Assembly (NCBI GenBank): GCA_021413775.1
Contig: JAIOPS010000026.1
Location: forward strand, 1 to 63,833
Source: Candidatus Kaiserbacteria bacterium
GTDB taxonomy: Bacteria; Patescibacteriota; Minisyncoccia; Phycocordibacterales; UBA2100
Length of the DNA: 63,833 bases
Direction: 5' to 3'
Within the stretch, counting starts at the first letter, position 1. The number at the start of each line of letters is the position of its first letter. The translations under genes were made by a program, and so were the position numbers. The notes under the pieces are model-generated. The model was not told the DNA's origin. It was given only the letters and a program-made list of their open reading frames with translations, and ran no database searches. This document shows, one piece after another, positions 52,652-61,172 of this stretch.

Positions 52652-53659
52652 CTATCGGGCCCCGCAGAGATTCCCGTACGATATCTGACCGGAGGTGCAA
52701 AGCGCACGTAACTGCGCCTTCCCCGCATCACTTTGCAGGAGGTGCTGCAGCGCCTCATGGAGACAGGCATCCCTATCCGGTGCCGTCGGCATGACAGAGC
52801 ACCAATCCCGCATCGTGGCCGATTCGTATCCGCTTCCCGGTCCGATAGTGTTTCCGATACCCCGGAAACACGTGTCTCTGAGCGCGGAATCCGTAATGAC
52901 CGCACAGAGACCTCCGACCACCCGATATTGATCCTTCGTAGACACATCTTTTTCGCCGAGTGACGCTTTCCACCATGACGGAAGCTCGTAATAACACGCA
53001 CCGCGGAACTTTTCCGGTACTTCTGTTGCGCACGGTTCGTTTGCGGCCGAAGCGTCAAAGGGCCGCAGCTTGATGCCGTCCGCGCTTTGCATCGTGTTGT
53101 AGTTGTACTCCATGAATACGCCTCCGTAACATCCGCCGATGGTCTGACCGTTGTTAACGGATGCGCAAGCCTCGAGTGCCTGAGAAAGTTTTTCATTGCC
53201 GAGGTACGCAAGAATACCGTGTCCGATTCCATGAATGCAACCGAACGCAATCATAGAATCGCCTGCTCCGTTGCAGGCGTCACGCAAATCGTTCGTCCCG
53301 CTCAGTCCGCGCGCACTAAGCGCCGCTCCTGCAAACCCGTGATAACAGCCGTATGCGAAATCCTGCGTACATTTCTGGATACCCTGCATGCCGAATTTTT
53401 TGTAGAGAATTCCGCCGATAACGTGCGCCAGTTTATGCGCCTCGTCGTAGGACAGAGGGTTCGCCTCTTTCATAAATTCTCCGTACGCACCGTCGGGCGA
53501 ACGGTCGAAGGCATCTTCCCATTTCTTTTCGAGCTGCTGATACGCGGACAGCGGGCCGGGCTGCTGAACGGTCTTTTGACCACGCGCGTACAGAACACAT
53601 ACGGACAGAACCAGCAGCAGCGCGACTCCTCCGACCAGGTATGCCAGTGACTTTTTCAT
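52652..53659 (-). CDS. Cys/His-rich exported paralogue P4 (subtype B)
   Basis: ATG at 53659. Motifs AHKLAHVIGG, GCYHGFAG, GCIHGIGHG and GGCYGGVFMEYN. Confidence 0.7.
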   Translation of the reverse strand: MKKSLAYLVGGVALLLVLSVCVLYARGQKTVQQPGPLSAYQQLEKKWEDAFDRSPDGAYGEFMKEANPLSYDEAHKLAHVIGGILYKKFGMQGIQKCTQDFAYGCYHGFAGAALSARGLSGTNDLRDACNGAGDSMIAFGCIHGIGHGILAYLGNEKLSQALEACASVNNGQTIGGCYGGVFMEYNYNTMQSADGIKLRPFDASAANEPCATEVPEKFRGACYYELPSWWKASLGEKDVSTKDQYRVVGGLCAVITDSALRDTCFRGIGNTIGPGSGYESATMRDWCSVMPTAPDRDACLHEALQHLLQSDAGKAQLRALCTSGQISYGNLCGAR

Positions 53660-53669
53660 GTGAAGCGGA

Positions 53670-54881
53670 TTAGCGTACTGTGCGGGTCTTTTGGTAACAC
53701 GAGTCATGCCACTCATCCGGTATGGCATCGCACAGCGTCTTTGCCTCTACCGATCCCTGCGGCATCCCTTGTTCCGCGTATGTCACCAGTTCCATCCAGC
53801 ACGATTGTTTCGCTTCCTGCGGCGCGTCGTTGCAGATACCGACTGCCTTCGCGACATTCTTCCAGTCAGCCCACACGAATTTTGAAGCGGTGCGAGCCCA
53901 GCAACTGTTCCGAAAATCCGGGTCGACGATTCCGCGGCAAAACTCCTCTATTTTCGGCACGTCGTAATGCAGCGTCTCGATGACGGGATATATTATCGCG
54001 GACGCGCAGTACAACTCAGCGCTCCTGTCGCTCGAGAGATTGCAGAGCGCTTCCATTATGTGCGGGTCAGTGGAGCTTCCCGGCACATCGGGCCACGATT
54101 CTTTGACGCATGTGTTGTATACGAGCCCCGTAAACTGCGAGCAGAATTTTTTCGTATTCTTCGCCAGGGGCCCCACCTCGTGGACGAGCACCTCATCCTC
54201 AGGTTCGAGCGGTTGATAGAGCTGCATGAAAACTCCCTCATAGCAGGTCTGTCTGAAATCATAATCGGGCAGTTTGGCTATCGCAGCACACAGAGCAACC
54301 GATTTCTTTACGTCTGCCTGCGTCACGTAAAGAAAGAGGTGACCCATGCCGTGCATACAGGACGAACGATCGAGGAGCGTCGGATTCCAAGCGCCCCGCG
54401 GATCACACACTCCCGCGAGCATGCCCTTCATCTCATCGACTGATACCGTGCCAAGGGACTCCAAGCGGAAACGTTCCTGGAATGCCCCGTGGACGGCGCC
54501 GGAACCGCAGATACCCATCGGCGAGCGAACCACAACGTCTTTCCATTTTGACGGGTCCCTCGCCACCTCTTTCGACGTGACGAGATGTGCGAGTACGTGA
54601 CACGATTGGTAACCGGGGTCCAGCTGCTGGATGAGCCGCACAACGGAAAAAGTCCTTTCCATCGACAGTCCTGCATCCATGAGCGTGGGCACATTTTTTT
54701 GATAGCATATCTCCTTCTGCGCCTCGGTTGTAGCCGCTTTGCATGCGGCGACTTCACGATGAGCCACAGCGTTATCGCTTTCAAAGTGTGTAGGCAGGAG
54801 CGAGGGAAAAGCAGCGACGCCGGCCAGCACAAGAGCTACAAGCGCGAGCGCGAGCACAACAGCAATGCGGATTTTTTTCAT
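53670..54881 (-). CDS. Cys/His-rich exported paralogue P5 (subtype A)
   Basis: ATGA overlap with P6 (54878-54881). Motifs YQSCHVLAHL, CGSGAVHG, CMHGMGHL and CYEGVFMQLY. Its closest relative is P7. Confidence 0.7.
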   Translation of the reverse strand: MKKIRIAVVLALALVALVLAGVAAFPSLLPTHFESDNAVAHREVAACKAATTEAQKEICYQKNVPTLMDAGLSMERTFSVVRLIQQLDPGYQSCHVLAHLVTSKEVARDPSKWKDVVVRSPMGICGSGAVHGAFQERFRLESLGTVSVDEMKGMLAGVCDPRGAWNPTLLDRSSCMHGMGHLFLYVTQADVKKSVALCAAIAKLPDYDFRQTCYEGVFMQLYQPLEPEDEVLVHEVGPLAKNTKKFCSQFTGLVYNTCVKESWPDVPGSSTDPHIMEALCNLSSDRSAELYCASAIIYPVIETLHYDVPKIEEFCRGIVDPDFRNSCWARTASKFVWADWKNVAKAVGICNDAPQEAKQSCWMELVTYAEQGMPQGSVEAKTLCDAIPDEWHDSCYQKTRTVR

Positions 54882-56068
54882 ACGTCGCATTGGGATTTTC
54901 TATACTTCTCCGGTATCTGCCCGCAAACGGTATGCAACACATCGGGTTCGAAATAGTATTCGGACAAAAGCTGAATCGTCGCGTAGCACGAGTCGCGTAA
55001 TCCGGCGGGAAACGTTTCTGCGCTGCAAAGATTCTCGGCTTCGATGTACTGTTTTCCCGGCGAGCCGAACTCGAAAATACCTCCGACAAGACCACTGACG
55101 CAGCTGTCTCGCAGTTCGGCGGTGGGCAATTCACATACGCGAACCTGCTCCGGCTGGAGTTGCTTTTGATCCCATTTGAGAATTTGTATATAGAACGAGA
55201 CGGCTTCGTGAATGGCGAGTGCCCGGTACTTTTGGTTCGTTATCGTATTGCCGAACGCGACCATGCCTTTTAAGTCATGGTTGGCGAGAGCTGCGGCCTG
55301 TGTATTCATTTGGTCGTAACACGTTTCCGTCTCAAGAGGTGTGAAGCCGCCCACGCGACAAAGCGCGTACGGGTCAGTCCCGGAGTCGAGTTTGTACTTC
55401 GGATTCGGATACATATTACCGATGGCGTTGAAAACACCCGACACGCACCGCATGTGCCACGTTTCATTGCCTGCCGAGACTTTGTCGCAGACAGCCAACC
55501 CCGGTTTCGCTATCGCGACCGCGTCGCCCCACAATCGCGGGTCGGTTCCGTCGGTTATACCGTGGCCGATGCCGTGATAGCACGAGCCTTCCGCGAATTC
55601 AGGCGGCGGCGGGTGCGGGACATTCTTACCGACATACGTGCAGAACGCGCGAGCAACCTCCATGTCGTTCGTGTCCACATACAGCGCATCCATGAAGCCG
55701 TGATAGAAGCCGTATCCGCAGTACGACGCCTTGCTCGTGAGTTCAGTCTTCCCTGTTTTCTGAAATTCCTCGTACGCGGCCTTTCCCAGTTCGTGCGTGA
55801 CATCGTGACACGTACCCGCAAACCCGGGGTCCGTATCATACGCAAGTGCAAGCGCGTCAAATGCCGCAGAAATCCCCTTCGCGCGCAACAGGTTCTCTAT
55901 CTCCGTTGCATAACAGAGAGGTTTGTTCCCGGCGCTCGCGCAGATTTCCAGAACACGTGCAGGATTTTCGCGCGAGATGAATGTATGCGCGACGATGCCC
56001 GCGAGCGCGAACATGGCGCATAAGAGAAAGCCGACAATAGAAAGCTTGAAATAGCGTGAACTCATCAT
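54878..56068 (-). CDS. Cys/His-rich exported paralogue P6 (subtype C)
   Basis: ATGA overlap with P7 (56065-56068). Motifs TCHDVTHELG, YCGYGFYHGF, SCYHGIGHG and CVSGVFNAI. Confidence 0.7.
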   Translation of the reverse strand: MMSSRYFKLSIVGFLLCAMFALAGIVAHTFISRENPARVLEICASAGNKPLCYATEIENLLRAKGISAAFDALALAYDTDPGFAGTCHDVTHELGKAAYEEFQKTGKTELTSKASYCGYGFYHGFMDALYVDTNDMEVARAFCTYVGKNVPHPPPPEFAEGSCYHGIGHGITDGTDPRLWGDAVAIAKPGLAVCDKVSAGNETWHMRCVSGVFNAIGNMYPNPKYKLDSGTDPYALCRVGGFTPLETETCYDQMNTQAAALANHDLKGMVAFGNTITNQKYRALAIHEAVSFYIQILKWDQKQLQPEQVRVCELPTAELRDSCVSGLVGGIFEFGSPGKQYIEAENLCSAETFPAGLRDSCYATIQLLSEYYFEPDVLHTVCGQIPEKYRKSQCDV

Positions 56069-57285
56069 AGCGTAGTATGTGTATTCGTAAGACACGTCGA
56101 ACGCCACTTCTCCGGCATCCCGCCGCACAACGCTTTGGTCTGAGGAGAATCGGGCTTCATTCCCTGCTCCGCATATCCTGAAAGTTCTTTCCAACAGGCA
56201 TCAGCGGACGGCGGTGAATCCGAGCACACAGCAATTGCTTGGGGTACGTTTTTCCAATCAGTCTCGACGAACCGGACGGCCGTACGCGAGACGCAGATGT
56301 CACGGACTGACGGATCAGGAAGCTGTGAACAGAGCGAGAGCATAGACTTTGCATCATATTCTTTCATCCCCATGACAACAAATACGAGTCCCCGTACGCA
56401 GTTGTCGTACCCGTCTTTACCTTTAAGCGGTGCGCACACGGCGTCGAAACCTTCCGGAGTCATAATATGCTCCTTTTCAACAGGCCAGCTCTCTTTGATA
56501 CACGTCTCAAACGCGAGTCCGGGATATTGGCTGCAAAATTTCACCCTGTCTTTCGATGCGGACGTTAATTTGGCAACAAGACCGATATCCTCGGGTTCGA
56601 GCGGCTGATAAATCTGCATGAAAACTCCCTCCTCGCAGGTCTCGACGAAATCAGCGACCGGCGCTTTCCCTTTCCCCAACACCTCGCAAAGCGCAATGGA
56701 TTTCGAGATGTTCGCATCCGTGATGTAAACGAGCAAGTGCCCCATGCCGTGCATGCAACTCGAACGCTCTATCAGGGTCGGCGACCAACCTTCACGGGGG
56801 TCGCACGCACCGGCGATAAGATTCCGCACTTCCTCAACAGACGCATTCGGCAAGGACGTCGAACGGAAGCGCTCCTGGAAAGCACCGTGCAGGGCGCCGT
56901 TTCCGCACATTCCTGCGGGCACGCGTGCGATGATATCTTTCCATTTCGACGGATCCTTTGCCGTCTCTTTCGCGGATATGAGGTGCGCCAATACGTGGCA
57001 GTAGTGATACGTGGGGTCAAGCTCCTGGACAATCGCGGTCACGGCATACGCACGCTCCATCGAAAGACCCTTGTCCATGAGCGCGGGAACTGATTTTTCG
57101 TAACATAAATCTCTGCTCGAGCCCTTTTCTTTCGCGCACGCCGTCACTATGTCCGCTGCTATCTTTGCGTCGCTCCGCATGCTTCCGGGTAAACGTGCCA
57201 GCAAAATCCAAGCGAGGAGCACTCCGATAAGCACGAGCGCTCCGACGATAATAAGCATGCGGTATGTCTTTCGTACGTACATCAT
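56065..57285 (-). CDS. Cys/His-rich exported paralogue P7 (subtype A)
   Basis: ATGA overlap with P8 (57282-57285). Motifs YHYCHVLAHL, CGNGALHG, CMHGMGHL and CEEGVFMQIY. Confidence 0.7.
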   Translation of the reverse strand: MMYVRKTYRMLIIVGALVLIGVLLAWILLARLPGSMRSDAKIAADIVTACAKEKGSSRDLCYEKSVPALMDKGLSMERAYAVTAIVQELDPTYHYCHVLAHLISAKETAKDPSKWKDIIARVPAGMCGNGALHGAFQERFRSTSLPNASVEEVRNLIAGACDPREGWSPTLIERSSCMHGMGHLLVYITDANISKSIALCEVLGKGKAPVADFVETCEEGVFMQIYQPLEPEDIGLVAKLTSASKDRVKFCSQYPGLAFETCIKESWPVEKEHIMTPEGFDAVCAPLKGKDGYDNCVRGLVFVVMGMKEYDAKSMLSLCSQLPDPSVRDICVSRTAVRFVETDWKNVPQAIAVCSDSPPSADACWKELSGYAEQGMKPDSPQTKALCGGMPEKWRSTCLTNTHTTL

Positions 57286-58295
57286 TGAATAGCAAAAAAA
57301 TACTCTTTCAGGCATGTCGAGGATTCGGAAGCATTGAGGCCTTTGGTACAGACGCCTTCCGCCTTATCCCGAGTGACAGGGTCGGCATAGAATGCCCACG
57401 CGAGCCCCTCTCGACACCACAGGCGCGCGTTTCCTGTCGCCGCGTTGTCACAAAACACTTCTCCCGCATCGGCATTGAAATGCGTCTCAGGAATGATGCC
57501 GTATCCGAGCCCGCGGTAACATGCGACCCGGAGACGGGATTCCGCGACAGCGGCGCAAAATCCTCCGAGCTTCTGCGGCAAAGCGGAATCGAACGGAAGC
57601 GCGGTCGCCCACCATGCGGGCAGGCCGAAGTAACATGCTTCCGGATACAAACTCAGCGAAGGGCACGGCTCGTACACATTCCCAGCATCAAACGGACGGT
57701 AGCGCTTCGTCGCATCTTTTTCCATGACACGGAAGTTGTACTCCATAAATACTCCGTCCGCACATCCTCCAATCGGCTTTTTCCAGGAAAGAGTCGCGCA
57801 TAAGGATAGAGATTTTTCTACATCCTGAATGCCGTATCCGTAGTACGAGAGCAGGCCGTGCCCGATGCCGTGAAAACATCCTGTGCCATCCGGGCCGTAG
57901 ATAGTGACACATGTGGCATCGAGAACTTTCACAACATCCGGACCGTGCTCTGCAATCGCGCGCCCGAGAAAGCTATGGTAGCAACCAAATCCGAAGCTTC
58001 CGTCACAGACCGTAAAGCCCTTGATGCCCTCGTGCTCGTAGAGAACCTCGCCGAAAATATGAGCGGATGTGTGCTGGTCGACGGCGGAAAGCTTTGCATT
58101 CTCGTTTTTAAACATCCCGAACGCTTCCGCAGCGGAGCGGCCGGCAAACAAAGATTCCATGTGAGCCCGTTCGTCGGAAAAAGCGCCGGAGTCGGTACCC
58201 GCTTTTTCACCACGTGCAGACAACAAAATCGCTGCCGATGCAGCGAGAATCACAATAAGTGCGAGCGCCGAAACGACAATGCGGACTCGGCTCAT
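57282..58295 (-). CDS. Cys/His-rich exported paralogue P8 (subtype B)
   Basis: ATGA overlap with P9 (58292-58295). Motifs HTSAHIFGE, GCYHSFLG, GCFHGIGHG and GGCADGVFMEYN. Confidence 0.7.
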   Translation of the reverse strand: MSRVRIVVSALALIVILAASAAILLSARGEKAGTDSGAFSDERAHMESLFAGRSAAEAFGMFKNENAKLSAVDQHTSAHIFGEVLYEHEGIKGFTVCDGSFGFGCYHSFLGRAIAEHGPDVVKVLDATCVTIYGPDGTGCFHGIGHGLLSYYGYGIQDVEKSLSLCATLSWKKPIGGCADGVFMEYNFRVMEKDATKRYRPFDAGNVYEPCPSLSLYPEACYFGLPAWWATALPFDSALPQKLGGFCAAVAESRLRVACYRGLGYGIIPETHFNADAGEVFCDNAATGNARLWCREGLAWAFYADPVTRDKAEGVCTKGLNASESSTCLKEYFFAIQ

Positions 58296-59515
58296 AACGA
58301 GAGCTTCGTTCTGCAGGCAGACTGATACTCTCCAGGTACCTGCGCGCAGAAAGCCGCGGCAGGATTACTCTTCGGGGCAACGTAATGTGAAGCCTCTTCG
58401 AAGAGTGCCTGAAAGCATGCCGGACGTTCAGCAGAGTCGGCACTACCGCAAAAGCGAATCGCCGCTTTCGAGTCGTTCTCACCTCCCCAAAAGAGAGACG
58501 CGACAATCGACTGTTCGCATGCATCATAGGCTTCTTTGTGAGGAGCCAGTGCGCACCATTCTCGCATTTGGTTCAGCTGCTGGTCAGTCGCGTCCGCAAT
58601 CGAACGGATATCACGCATCATCGCAAGCACGGGAAACTCCTTGCCGATGCCGCCGAAGCAGGCCTGACGCAGTTCGGGAGTGTCTTTCGAAAGACGGTCG
58701 CAGTATGTAAATGCTTTTGCGAAATGTTCCGGTTTGGGAATATCGAGATTCGCTCCCGCGGCTTCGAAGAGGTGCGGTGTGATATACACGTAACACAAAC
58801 CCTTCGCGTCGGACGGAATGACACTCGTTGAGCATGGCGCAAGCGGATCCTTCGGGTCGTAGTATTTTTCGCGCGCCTTGAGCCACAAATTACGGTCATG
58901 ACCTCCGCCGCCCATCAGTTCCATAATCGCGCCTCCCACACACTGCACATACTCATCGTTGTGATACTGCGCCGTACCGGTCTTGCGGCAAAAGTCGACT
59001 GTCTTCGCGAGATCGTATCCGTAGAAAGCAAAGACGCCGTGGCCGAGTCCGTGATAGCACATTGTGTATGCGCCGGAGCCGCCGGGAGCCTTGCGGCACG
59101 CGTCGTTGATAAGAGAGAGCGCTTTTGTGCCGCCGTATTCATTCAGCGTGCCGATGACGATTGCGTGCGAACAGGCATTCCTGAAATCCTGGGTACAGTC
59201 GGCAATACCGTCGACTCCTTTTTGTTTGTACAGCTCATCCCCCACCGTGTGACCGAGGAGGTGCAAGTCTGTATTCGGCGGAAGCTGCGCCCTGCCGAGA
59301 ACTGCATAGGCGTACACCGCACCTTTTTTTTGCGCGAGTGCCGCGAAGCGATCCGAAAGTTCCTGGAAATTTCGCGCATCCGCTCCGATAGTTTCCGCCT
59401 CAGGGTATGAGCCGCCGGAAGTGGTGCGGGCGAAGAGCGCGATAAGACCTCCTACAAGAACGAGGAGCGTCACTCCAATAACAACCGGTACGTTCAGATG
59501 AGGTACACGTTTCAT
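58292..59515 (-). CDS. Cys/His-rich exported paralogue P9 (subtype B-like)
   Basis: TM anchor VVIGVTLLVLVGGLIALF. Motifs HLLGHTVGD, ACSHAIV, MCYHGLGHG and CVGGAIMEL. Confidence 0.7.
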   Translation of the reverse strand: MKRVPHLNVPVVIGVTLLVLVGGLIALFARTTSGGSYPEAETIGADARNFQELSDRFAALAQKKGAVYAYAVLGRAQLPPNTDLHLLGHTVGDELYKQKGVDGIADCTQDFRNACSHAIVIGTLNEYGGTKALSLINDACRKAPGGSGAYTMCYHGLGHGVFAFYGYDLAKTVDFCRKTGTAQYHNDEYVQCVGGAIMELMGGGGHDRNLWLKAREKYYDPKDPLAPCSTSVIPSDAKGLCYVYITPHLFEAAGANLDIPKPEHFAKAFTYCDRLSKDTPELRQACFGGIGKEFPVLAMMRDIRSIADATDQQLNQMREWCALAPHKEAYDACEQSIVASLFWGGENDSKAAIRFCGSADSAERPACFQALFEEASHYVAPKSNPAAAFCAQVPGEYQSACRTKLSL

Positions 59516-59538
59516 TCAACAAATGTAGCAACGAACCG

Positions 59539-60627
59539 TCACCTGAACAAGAAATGGTACAGACGTTGAATGAGAGGAATATTTGAGGGCGTTGTCGGCT
59601 CCACGCTGAAACCAAGAACGTCGGGCAGACTTCCGAAGCCGGGTGTCGAACGCGTCGAGAAATAGGAGGTATACCCCTCCGGGAAAAGGTACTCGCCCTT
59701 ATTAACAAGTTGCCCGGGACCTTTTTCGACTTCCGGCACAATCGGATTCGCCAGAATGTAGGCGTCATGACGGATTCCCGTTACCTGCCACGAGACTTTC
59801 CCGTTGGCAGCACCTCCACCGATCGTGAACTCGTTATTTTTTTCTTCCACTTTTACATAGAGATTCGGCATCGGTGCACCGAGAGGCTTGAGCTGGTATC
59901 GCACCTCAGTATTCAACGCGTCAAAATATGAGGGGAGCTCCACAATCGCCTCACCTTTTTTATCAAGCCGCACAATACCGTCGTAGACGTTTTTCGCGTC
60001 GGGTGACTCGACGAACGAGTGGTACAGGAGTTTGTTCTTGGGGTCCTGCGGGTGGTCAATAACGAACGTACCCGAGCCTTTGGATATAGAACCGGTGACG
60101 GCAAAATTTCCTGTCACGCTCACGTTTTTAGTAAATGTCGTCTGGTACGAACCCTGGTAGTACGCCTGGGCGTAGCCGTAGTAATAGCCCTGGGCGTAGC
60201 CGTAGTAATAGCCCTGGGCGTAGCCGTAGTAGTAACATTGTGCGTAGCCGTAGTAGTAACCTTGTGCGTAGTAATAGCCCTGGGCGTAGCCGTAGTAGTA
60301 ACCTTGTGCGTAGCCGTAGTAGTAACCTTGCGCGTAGGCGTAGCCGTAGTAATAACCTTGCGCGTAGCCGTAGTAATAGCCCTGAGCGTAGCCGTAGCCG
60401 TAGTAATAGCCCTGGCCGTAGTAATAGCCCTGGGCGTAGCCGTAGCCGTAGTAATATCCCTGGCCGTAGCCGTAGTAATATCCCTGGCCGTAGCCGTAGT
60501 AATATCCCTGGCCGTAGCCGTAACCCGCGTACGCGGTACCGGGTGTGAGGAGCACCACATACACAATGATTCCTGCGAGTACTGACAGGAAAGCGCCGTA
60601 CGTCCATGCTTTCTGCTGAAGGTTCAT
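59539..60627 (-). CDS. exported protein: 127-aa Gly/Tyr repeat plus 'HSFVESPD' domain (paralogue D3)
   Basis: ATGA overlap with D2 (60624-60627) and a TM/signal segment. The region contains about 15 (GY)(G/A)QGYYY-type units (6-11 aa, mostly 8 aa), then SKGSGTFVIDHPQDPKNKLLYHSFVESPDAKNVYDG...GKVSWQVTGIRHD. Confidence 0.7.
   Translation of the reverse strand: MNLQQKAWTYGAFLSVLAGIIVYVVLLTPGTAYAGYGYGQGYYYGYGQGYYYGYGQGYYYGYGYAQGYYYGQGYYYGYGYAQGYYYGYAQGYYYGYAYAQGYYYGYAQGYYYGYAQGYYYAQGYYYGYAQCYYYGYAQGYYYGYAQGYYYGYAQAYYQGSYQTTFTKNVSVTGNFAVTGSISKGSGTFVIDHPQDPKNKLLYHSFVESPDAKNVYDGIVRLDKKGEAIVELPSYFDALNTEVRYQLKPLGAPMPNLYVKVEEKNNEFTIGGGAANGKVSWQVTGIRHDAYILANPIVPEVEKGPGQLVNKGEYLFPEGYTSYFSTRSTPGFGSLPDVLGFSVEPTTPSNIPLIQRLYHFLFR
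60145..60525 (-). repeat. in-frame tandem repeat (mostly 24-nt units, with 18-33-nt variants) encoding GYAQGYYY/GYGQGYYY
   Basis: Repeated gcgtagccgtagtaatagccctgg-type units on the plus strand. The encoded region is about 50% Tyr. Confidence 0.9.
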
Positions 60628-61172
60628 TTGCATAAAGGCTCGAAGAGGCACGTGCCGACGTTTACTTCCTGACCGGGACCTTTTGGCACTTCGACAATGA
60701 CAGGATGCTTCAAAATGTACGGGTCATGGCGGATACCTGTTATTTGCCATGAGACTTTTCCACCCGGAGTACCTCCTCCTATGACGAAGCTGCTATTCTT
60801 CTCTTCGGTTTTTATATACAGATTTGGCATTGCGCTGTCGAGTGCGGAAAACTGATATCGTGAATCTCTGTTCAGCGCATCATAGTATGCAGGCAGCTGT
60901 ATGACAGTTTCTCCCTGTGCGTCCAAAACTGCAATACCGTCGTAGATGTTTTTCACGTCCGGCGACTCGACGAACGAGTGGTAGAGAATTTTGTTTGCCG
61001 GATTTATCGGATCGTCGATTGCGAATGTTCCCGAACCTTTCGAGAGTGTTCCCGTAATCGCGAGATTGCCCAGGAATCTCACACCGCCTGTAAGGGTGAC
61101 GGCGAATGCAGCGGCCGGCACAAGTACTGCGAGAGTAAGGAGACCGACAATGAGTGAAGATTTATTGCGCAT
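60624..61172 (-). CDS. exported 'HSFVESPD' domain protein (paralogue D2)
   Basis: ATG at 61172 (MRNKSSLIVGLLTLAVLVPAAAFA), then SKGSGTFAIDDPINPANKILYHSFVESPDVKNIYDG...GKVSWQITGIRHD. Confidence 0.65.
   Translation of the reverse strand: MRNKSSLIVGLLTLAVLVPAAAFAVTLTGGVRFLGNLAITGTLSKGSGTFAIDDPINPANKILYHSFVESPDVKNIYDGIAVLDAQGETVIQLPAYYDALNRDSRYQFSALDSAMPNLYIKTEEKNSSFVIGGGTPGGKVSWQITGIRHDPYILKHPVIVEVPKGPGQEVNVGTCLFEPLCK

Noticed and set aside
47991-59515. Reading the HxxxH motifs of the nine paralogues as zincin (HExxH) metalloprotease sites.
   Set aside because: The residue after the first His is V/K/T/L/D or G, never Glu. The motif occurs twice per protein, next to Cys, in a repeat-like context.
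60019-60607. Alternative-frame ORFs across the GY repeat: 60019-60585 on the plus strand, and 60120-60566 and 60128-60607 on the minus strand. I also considered whether the regular DNA repeat is a CRISPR array.
   Set aside because: The repeat units are contiguous with no spacers. They are in frame with a protein that has a signal sequence and a conserved C-terminal domain. The other frames give monotonous Arg-Leu or Val-Ala runs.
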